NCBI GenBank assembly: GCA_963675525.2
Contig: CAXXSL010000001.1
Coordinates: 32,001-96,000 of the forward strand
DNA from: Anaerohalosphaeraceae bacterium
GTDB lineage: Bacteria; Planctomycetota; Phycisphaerae; Sedimentisphaerales; Anaerohalosphaeraceae
Direction of reading: 5' to 3'
DNA: 64,000 nucleotides
Part shown: one piece after another, positions 57,603-64,000 of the stretch
Numbering within the stretch: position 1 is the first letter of the stretch
Layout of the letters: the number at the start of each line of letters is the position of its first letter
Made by a program: the position numbers and the translations under genes
Notes under the pieces: model-generated
What the model saw: only the letters and a program-made list of their open reading frames with translations
Databases searched by the model: none
What the model was told of the DNA's origin: nothing

Positions 57603-57624
57603 AATATCGCAAATATGCGATATT
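57603..57624. promoter_or_regulatory. Operator palindrome in the toxin-antitoxin promoter
   Basis: aatatcgca-aata-tgcgatatt between the -35 and -10 elements. Confidence 0.75.
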
Positions 57625-57654
57625 ATATAAGGCGGCCAGCAGAAGGGAAAAGGG

Positions 57655-58029
57655 ATGCCCCGAACAGACATTACGATTTACAAGGACGATGACGGCTCTG
57701 TACCGTTGTATGAATGGTTGGATTGTCAGTCAGAAAAAGTTCAGAGTGATATGGCGGCAAGAGTGAAACTCCTCGCCGAAAAAGGCCATGAACTGCGGCG
57801 GCCGGCGTGTGATTTTCTAAGAGATGGGATTTATGAGCTTCGCAAGCGGCGGCTGAATATCAACTATCGTATTCTGTATGCTTTTTGCGGAGAACATGCC
57901 GTTTTGTTATCACACGGCTGCACGAAAGAAGATAAAGTGCCGGACAAAGAAATTGACAAAGCGATCAGTCATCTTAAGAAGTATCGACAGAATCCGGACA
58001 TGCATGCTTATGCGGGAAAGATTGGATAA
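57655..58029 (+). CDS. RelE/ParE (HigB/Gp49-like) toxin
   Basis: G.VP..EWL, LRDGIYELR, YRILY.F and VLLSHG..K motifs. Confidence 0.88.
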   Translation: MPRTDITIYKDDDGSVPLYEWLDCQSEKVQSDMAARVKLLAEKGHELRRPACDFLRDGIYELRKRRLNINYRILYAFCGEHAVLLSHGCTKEDKVPDKEIDKAISHLKKYRQNPDMHAYAGKIG

Positions 58030-58358
58030 TGCGTAAAAATCAAAAAAAGACAACGGATGCGGTAACGCTGCTGTATGACCGCTATATCAAGGGTGATCCT
58101 GAAAAGCTGGCGGCGATTGAGGCCGAACGCGAGAAGATCAAAATTGCCGAACAGGTTTATGCGTTGCGTACGGAGCGGGGCCTAACGCAGCGGCAGCTTG
58201 CCGAACTCATCGGAACGACCCAGTCGGTCATCAGCCGGATCGAAAATACCGACTACGAAAGCGAACGCCTCGACACCCTGCAGAAACTGGCCGCGGCATT
58301 ACACTGCCATCTGGAAGTGAGGTTTGTTTCGGAAGATAACCTGATGTCCGTTAAATGA
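58029..58358 (+). CDS. XRE HTH antitoxin (HigA-like)
   Basis: LRTERGLTQRQLAELIGTTQSVISRIE; TAATG coupling to the toxin. Confidence 0.88.
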   Translation: MRKNQKKTTDAVTLLYDRYIKGDPEKLAAIEAEREKIKIAEQVYALRTERGLTQRQLAELIGTTQSVISRIENTDYESERLDTLQKLAAALHCHLEVRFVSEDNLMSVK

Positions 58359-58644
58359 GATCAGATAAAAAAACGGTGTCAGGAACCGTTGTTTCCTGCT
58401 TTTGAAAATTCTCTCACTGCATCCCGGCAGGGGGGACATAAAACGCTATCCGATACACCAGTATCGCCAGCACCGTCAAAAACACACTGTACAAAACCAT
58501 TCTTCCAATGGACCATTTTTTCATCGTTCCAATTCCTTACTCAATCCTTCATTTCCAGCCGCTCCTTCCTGCGGCTGCGGGTGTATTATAGCCTGTCGGC
58601 GTGGTGTTGTAAAAGGCAAAATTATCCGCGTGGGCACGGCCTTC

Positions 58645-58768
58645 TTGTCACCCCCGCTCTAATTGTCACCCCCGCGAAGGCGGGGGTCCAGAGTGAATAA
58701 ATAAGCCGTCGCTTTGTGAAACGCTGGATTCCCGCCTTCGCGGGAATGACAAAGCAGCGGGAATGACA
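58645..58768. repeat. Inverted REP doublet (REPIN/BIME-like)
   Basis: gtcacccccgcgaaggcgggggtccag (58665-58691) and ctggattcccgccttcgcgggaatgac (58724-58750), with half-copies outside both. Confidence 0.85.
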
Positions 58769-58921
58769 GAAGAGGTTGTATTAGGTGCCTTCGCGCCTCT
58801 TGTCAGCGTTTAAATGAAAAATCTTAGACAAAAAATCATTTTTACGTGTGCCGAATCCGCTCCGGTTCGTATACAATCTATAATTAAAATCCTGTTCTAT
58901 TCATGGAATGGAGAATATAGA

Positions 58922-59536
58922 ATGTCTATACAAAAGTATCAAAACCGTTTTGTTCATTGGATCGTCTGGGTGTTCTGTATGGGTCTGCTGGGTTGCAGCA
59001 CCGGGGTGCAGTTGGATCACGACCAGTTCAAGCCGAAGGCGGATTCAGAAAGCACATTTTACTCCTTTACGTTAAAAGATATTGACGGGTGGCCCGTTGG
59101 GCTGTCCCGATATGAGGGCAAGGTCGTGCTGGTGGTCAATGTCGCCAGTGAGTGCCGTTATACTTATCAGTATCGAAACCTGCAGCGGCTGTATTGGAAA
59201 TACAAAGATCAGGGATTGGTCGTGCTGGGTTTTCCGGCCAATAACTTCGGCAAGCAGGAACCGGGAACCAATGCCCAGATTAAGGAGTTCACCACCCACC
59301 AGTTCAACATTACGTTTCCCCTGTTTTCAAAGATTTCCGTCGCAGGCCAGGACATGCATCCTTTGTACCGGTACCTGACCAGCCGCCAAGCCAATGGCGA
59401 GTTTGGCGGACCCATTACCTGGAACTTCAACAAATTCCTGATTGATAAAGATGGGACAACGATCGCGCGTTTCGGCTCCGAGGTCGATCCCTTAGCCCCT
59501 CAGATTACTGAGGCCATCGAGGCGGCATTGCAATAA
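58922..59536 (+). CDS. Glutathione peroxidase family lipoprotein (Cys type)
   Basis: VNVASEC, GFPANNFGKQEPG and WNFNKFLI motifs; lipobox LLGC. Confidence 0.92.
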   Translation: MSIQKYQNRFVHWIVWVFCMGLLGCSTGVQLDHDQFKPKADSESTFYSFTLKDIDGWPVGLSRYEGKVVLVVNVASECRYTYQYRNLQRLYWKYKDQGLVVLGFPANNFGKQEPGTNAQIKEFTTHQFNITFPLFSKISVAGQDMHPLYRYLTSRQANGEFGGPITWNFNKFLIDKDGTTIARFGSEVDPLAPQITEAIEAALQ

Positions 59537-59694
59537 ATCATCCAACGGATCTGTATTCAGCTCATGGCGATTGCGATCGAGCCAAAAAAACAGAAAATTT
59601 ACACTTGATCGGAGCCAACTGCCGAAGGTAAGGTAGGCGACGTATTCTAACGCAGCGGTCGCATTCTGTTATTATTAAAACGAAAGGACGCGAA

Positions 59695-59865
59695 ATGGAG
59701 AAGAACGATAAGAGTTCATGGGCCACCGGCGGCGGCTTGCTGATGGGTATGGGGGTTGGATTTTTTTTCCTGCAGACATCGCCTTTGGCATTCGTCGGAT
59801 GTATCCTGGCAGGTTTGGGCCTGGGCCTTATGGCTACGGCCCTGATCTCAAAGATCAACGGCTAA
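59695..59865 (+). CDS. 56-aa glycine-rich membrane protein (not in the ORF track)
   Basis: MEKNDKSSWATGGGLLMGMGVGFFFLQTSPLAFVGCILAGLGLGLMATALISKING*; RBS AAGGA. Confidence 0.7.
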   Translation: MEKNDKSSWATGGGLLMGMGVGFFFLQTSPLAFVGCILAGLGLGLMATALISKING

Positions 59866-60023
59866 GCGCCAAATCGACTCGTTTTACAGATAAAGGCCTT
59901 CCGGCCATAGGTTCATCAGAAAATCAGAATCGCTGTTATCTGCCGGACGACCAGATCGACACACAGGCCAAAGCGTTCAAAGCCGCACGTCAAAACGATG
60001 AAAAATATATTGCCGGTTCTCGG

Positions 60024-60728
60024 TCAATGCGATGATGACGCTATGACAGCGGTCATCATGGCCGGCATGAGGCAGGCGACCATGACGGCCGCTTGCATCG
60101 CTTCGATGGCTTCCTTGGTCGCCTTCCCCGCGATGTCCCCATTGACAACTCGCTCAATTCTCCTTTTACGTTCTTTGATTTCTTTCTTGCCGAAGATGAC
60201 CGGCAGGATCGTAGCACTTTTTGCCAGCGATAAAAGAATCACGGTACGCGCGTCGACCTCGTCCGTCTCGGTAAAGATCGCCTGGTACAGACGGTCGATG
60301 ATCTCCCGTTCCGGGGTGGGGTTGATCTCCGGATAGATGCGTTGGGTAAATAACAGCAATATCTTCTTTTCATCCATTTTCAGGATTCCCCGTTGACAGA
60401 GTTGCAGGGCGATCCGGTGCTTGAGGTCTTTGGTATTGGCGATTCGAGCGACCCAGTCCTGAAGCGTTTTGAGCCGTTTGGCACGGTGCATTTTGATGAG
60501 CCATTCATCGATCAATGCGTCATTGAGCGGTTCAGGTGTGAGAACAGAAAGAAATTTCTTTTTCCCGGACGGGTCCGCCGCAATCCGTCGGCTCAACAGC
60601 AATTCCGCGATGATCGCGCCGCCGACGGCATAGTTGTAGAGCGCCCCCGAGGCAATCGTCCCCTCTTCATCTTTGAGCGACAATAACATGATCTCTTCAT
60701 GCAGAAACAGGTCGTTTACGCGTTCCAT
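60024..60728 (-). CDS. GPP34/GOLPH3-like protein
   Basis: L.LHEEIMLLSL.DEEG and GAIIAELLL..RI motifs. Confidence 0.8.
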   Translation of the reverse strand: MERVNDLFLHEEIMLLSLKDEEGTIASGALYNYAVGGAIIAELLLSRRIAADPSGKKKFLSVLTPEPLNDALIDEWLIKMHRAKRLKTLQDWVARIANTKDLKHRIALQLCQRGILKMDEKKILLLFTQRIYPEINPTPEREIIDRLYQAIFTETDEVDARTVILLSLAKSATILPVIFGKKEIKERKRRIERVVNGDIAGKATKEAIEAMQAAVMVACLMPAMMTAVIASSSH

Positions 60729-60900
60729 TTCATTCTCCTTTCGGGAACAATCAATGATTTCCTGCGATTTCACATGTTAAGACGCCGAGAACCGAATGGT
60801 GTTTCAATAAATCGTTATAAAAAGGGCGGGGGTATTATAGACCGCCGGCTTCGGGATGTAAAACGGAAAAAACCCACGTGTACCCTGCACGGTTGCGGCT

Positions 60901-61617
60901 TTATTTTCCGAAGATTCCCTTCCAGAGGCTTACGGGGAATTTCGCCATTCCGATGGCCACGCCGTAGATCGACCACTTCAACCCTCCCCGGACGGTATAT
61001 TTCCACTGGTCCTTTTCGTTTCCGAGAAAGCGTATCCAACCCCGTTGTTCCATATACCCCAGCCGTTGATATCGCAGCCGCCGGAGGTCTTCGAGTTCCT
61101 GTCCGGCAGTGAACGGTTCGAACGCCCAGTCGTGGGCGTTGATCTTGTCGATATGATGCCGGTAGGCTTTTTTGACATCGGTCGTGAGGATCAAATTGTT
61201 TGTTGTCATGCCCGACAGGTCGTATTCGTCTGCGGATTGATTGGTGATAGTCACAAAGGCATGACCGTCCGGCGTTTTGGAGAACAGCCAGGCTCCCTTG
61301 ATCCGGATCTTATAGAGGGCCCCGGCCCCCAGCAGGGCCAGCGTATATCCGTCTTTGGAGATCAGAAAGTCATAGACGATGCGATAGGATGGCCCTTTGT
61401 TGTCGTAGCCGCGTTCCAAAAACGTAAAACCATATTCCTGTGCCTGTGCCCGGGCATATTCGAGAAATCGGTCATGTTCGGCTGAAAGCTCAAACGGCTC
61501 GAACGGGAAACCCCGACTGTACGGCCAGACCTTGCGTTTTTCAATAATGGCAGTGATAAACGGCAGTATCGCCGAGACCAGGAAGACGACCGGGATAATC
61601 AGGATAAATTGACACAT
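60901..61617 (-). CDS. Hypothetical membrane-anchored protein
   Basis: RBS AAGGAGG; N-terminal TM helix. Confidence 0.7.
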   Translation of the reverse strand: MCQFILIIPVVFLVSAILPFITAIIEKRKVWPYSRGFPFEPFELSAEHDRFLEYARAQAQEYGFTFLERGYDNKGPSYRIVYDFLISKDGYTLALLGAGALYKIRIKGAWLFSKTPDGHAFVTITNQSADEYDLSGMTTNNLILTTDVKKAYRHHIDKINAHDWAFEPFTAGQELEDLRRLRYQRLGYMEQRGWIRFLGNEKDQWKYTVRGGLKWSIYGVAIGMAKFPVSLWKGIFGK

Positions 61618-61943
61618 AACAGTAAAACCTCCTTTTTTGTTATCGTACGGCACATAATATAGCCCGCCGGCTTCAAGATGTAAAATATTTAATGTGGCAG
61701 GCAGCGGTCGAATGGGCATTTTGGTCCGATAAGGGAGGTTTTGGAGGTACAATGCACCTGGTTTTGGGCGGGAGGGAAGTTTATTTTATTTTTTCGTTGT
61801 ATTGGGCGGCTTTTTGCCGATAATTAATAACAGTACAAATAGTACAAGAAGTATATTTTTTCATCTCTCAGAAATATCCTTCCAAATGAATTTAATCGAG
61901 AGATATTGTTTAAGCGGTCTAAAAAGGCCAAGGAGTAGTTAGT

Positions 61944-62147
61944 ATGAGCACAGGTACAGTAAAATGGTTCAATGCAAGTAAGGGTTTTGGTTTCATCACT
62001 CCGGATGACGGCGGCAACGATCTGTTCGTTCACCATACGGAAATCAAGACGGGTGGCTATGCGACCCTCGATGAAAATCAGAAAGTCACCTATGAAGTCG
62101 GCGAAGGCAAAAAAGGCCCATGTGCAAACAATGTGGTTCCTGCCTAA
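61944..62147 (+). CDS. cspA: Cold-shock protein
   Basis: GTVKWFN..KGFGFI and DLFVH motifs. Confidence 0.96.
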   Translation: MSTGTVKWFNASKGFGFITPDDGGNDLFVHHTEIKTGGYATLDENQKVTYEVGEGKKGPCANNVVPA

Positions 62148-62169
62148 GTTATACAACACGCTAAGAATC

Positions 62170-62202
62170 GAAAAGGCTCTGCTTCGGCAGGGCCTTTTTT
62201 TT
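62170..62202 (+). terminator. Intrinsic terminator
   Basis: aggctctgc-ttcg-gcagggcct followed by a T run. Confidence 0.85.
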
Positions 62203-62519
62203 GTCCTCCTTCCTGCGACGGCGGGGCCTATCATAGAATGTTCAATATAGAAGGTAAAATATTAAATATGGCAGGCAGGGGCAAATCGGCCTTTTGACGC
62301 GATAAGGGTGGTTTACAAGGAGCGATGGGTCCGGTTTTGAGCGGGCGGCAAAGTTTATTTTATTATTTCGTTGTATCGGCCCGGCTTTTCACCGATAATA
62401 ACCAACAGTACAAATAGTACAAGAAGTGTATTTTTTCATCTCTCAGAAATATCCTTCCAAATTTATGTAATCGAGAGATACTGTTTAAGCGGTCCGTTAC
62501 GGACCAAGGAGTAGTTAGT

Positions 62520-62723
62520 ATGAGTACAGGTACAGTCAAATGGTTCAATGCAAGTAAGGGTTTTGGTTTCATCACTCCGAATGAAGGCGGCAGCGATCTG
62601 TTCGTCCATCATTCAGAAATCAAGACAGAGGGCTATGCCAGCCTCGATGAAAATCAGACCGTCACTTATGAAGTCGGCGAAGGCAAAAAAGGCCCGTGTG
62701 CAAACAATGTGGTCCCTGCCTAA
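62520..62723 (+). CDS. cspA: Cold-shock protein (tandem paralog)
   Basis: Same motifs; highly similar to 61944-62147. Confidence 0.96.
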   Translation: MSTGTVKWFNASKGFGFITPNEGGSDLFVHHSEIKTEGYASLDENQTVTYEVGEGKKGPCANNVVPA

Positions 62724-62757
62724 CGATACAACACGATAGACAACATGCTAAGGAATC

Positions 62758-62791
62758 GAAAAGGCCCTGCTTCGGCAGGGTCTTTTTTTTT
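62758..62791 (+). terminator. Intrinsic terminator
   Basis: aggccctgc-ttcg-gcagggtct followed by a T run. Confidence 0.85.
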
Positions 62792-62831
62792 GTTCTCCCG
62801 CTTGGGCGATTCAGTGGTCCGCATCCCCGCA

Positions 62832-64000
62832 TTATTCGATGGTGACGGCGAGGCTGTCGCCAATTTTGAGGCCTTTGGCGTGGGCTGAGACATCGACCAT
62901 GAAGTAACGGCTGCAGCGGCCGCGGAGCGGACGGTTTTTTTCGATGAGTACGTTTTCGGTCAGGCCCGCACAGGACTTGCGGAACCTTTGCTGCAAGATA
63001 TAGTCTAATTCCTGCAGGGCCCCGCAGCGGCGTTTCAGCTCTTTGCCATCGATCTTACCGAATAATTTTGCCATCTTCACCGCGGCGGTGTTTTTTCGCA
63101 GGCTGAAGGGGAACACGTGGATCTTCGCAAAGCCGACCTGCTCGGCGACCCGCAACGTCTGCTCGAAATCCGCTTGGGTTTCGCCGGGAAAGCCGACGAT
63201 GATATCGGTGGTGATGGCGGGGCGGTCAAAGGCGGCCTTAACCCGCTTGACGACACGGATAAAATCCTCGATGCGGTACTGCCGGGCCATTTTCCGCAGA
63301 ACAGTGTCCGAACCGCTCTGCAGCGACAGGTGCAGATGCGGCATAATAGTAGGATGTGCACTCATCACATCCAGCAGTCTGTCGGTGACATCCAGCGGTT
63401 CCAGCGAACTTAACCGCAGTCGCTGAAGACCGTCCAGCCGCGCGACCGCGTCCACCAACCCAGCCAGCGCATCGCGGTTCTTGGCGTCCCATCGCTTCCG
63501 TCGCGCGGTCGTCTGCCCATAGGCCCCCAGAAAGATACCCGTCAGCACGATTTCCCTGTGGCCGGCGGTAATCAGGTTTCGGGCCTCATCCAGGACACTT
63601 TTTACATCCTTGTTACAAACATTCGTGCGGATTTTGGGTATAATACAATAGGTACACGAGGCATCGCAGCCGTCCTGAATTTTCAAAAACGCTCGACACT
63701 GACCGGCAAAACGATGCAGCGGGTCCATGAATTGCCCCTGATATCCCGCATCAGGGCTGATCAGGGGGCTGCCAGAGGCATTATTCTGTGATAAGCTACC
63801 GTTTTTATCCTTGATTTTGGGGATATTTGCTGGTTTACTACGGATGTCTGTATGCCGGACGGGGGTTTTATTTGCGAATAGACGGTTCAGAACCGCCGGC
63901 AGCGTGGTCTTATCTTTGACAATATGAATATCGGAAAGATGCTGCAGTTCGGCCCTGTCGCCGCCGGTCAGACAGCCGGTGACGATGATGGCTGCGTCCG
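62832..64000 (-). CDS. mtaB: MtaB-like tRNA methylthiotransferase (radical SAM); 5' end lies outside the window
   Basis: RAFLKIQDGCDASCTYC, TTDIIVGFPGET and IHVFPFS motifs; frame is open to the window edge (IIVTGC). Confidence 0.88.
   Translation of the reverse strand, partial: DAAIIVTGCLTGGDRAELQHLSDIHIVKDKTTLPAVLNRLFANKTPVRHTDIRSKPANIPKIKDKNGSLSQNNASGSPLISPDAGYQGQFMDPLHRFAGQCRAFLKIQDGCDASCTYCIIPKIRTNVCNKDVKSVLDEARNLITAGHREIVLTGIFLGAYGQTTARRKRWDAKNRDALAGLVDAVARLDGLQRLRLSSLEPLDVTDRLLDVMSAHPTIMPHLHLSLQSGSDTVLRKMARQYRIEDFIRVVKRVKAAFDRPAITTDIIVGFPGETQADFEQTLRVAEQVGFAKIHVFPFSLRKNTAAVKMAKLFGKIDGKELKRRCGALQELDYILQQRFRKSCAGLTENVLIEKNRPLRGRCSRYFMVDVSAHAKGLKIGDSLAVTIE

Noticed and set aside
58415..58524. 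Short minus-strand ORF MKKWSIGRMVLYSVFLTVLAILVYR...
   Set aside because: About 36 aa, likely a truncated membrane-protein start; no supportable function.
58922..59536. Selenocysteine in the glutathione peroxidase
   Set aside because: The active-site codon is TGC (Cys) and there is no in-frame TGA.
61817..61824. GCCGATAA before the first csp gene as a sigma-28 promoter
   Set aside because: No TAAA at the right spacing; better explained as a sigma70 TTGTAT...GATAAT promoter.

Overview
A bacterial chromosomal window, most likely from a planctomycete of the Phycisphaerae/Sedimentisphaerales type. That assignment is inferred from the PEP-CTERM proteins, dockerin-like D-x-x-G-D motifs, DPN motifs and a membrane-anchored ECF sigma factor. 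Core genes include nrdJ, uup, fliA, tadA, dprA, a MacAB-TolC-type exporter, a GT3-type glycosyltransferase, two csp genes and a partial mtaB-like gene. There are three tRNA genes (Gly-CCC, Glu-CTC, Met-CAT). The most striking feature is an ~8 kb satellite-like element integrated at tRNA-Glu (33216-41264), whose att core lies inside the integrase reading frame. Excision would fuse the integrase in frame to a 64-aa start-less tail at the other end of the element, and that tail is translationally coupled to a small-gene operon. Other notable features: (1) a three-unit cassette array delimited by a 51-bp repeat at 10.85-13.6 kb; (2) an orphan merR-flgB-like-flhG-fliA module with sigma28 promoters, CsrA-type hairpins and a divergent diguanylate cyclase; (3) secreted/PEP-CTERM genes that share promoter-leader blocks; (4) a C4-like three-way-junction RNA; (5) several pseudogene scars. 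All calls come from reading motifs by eye; no database searches were run.
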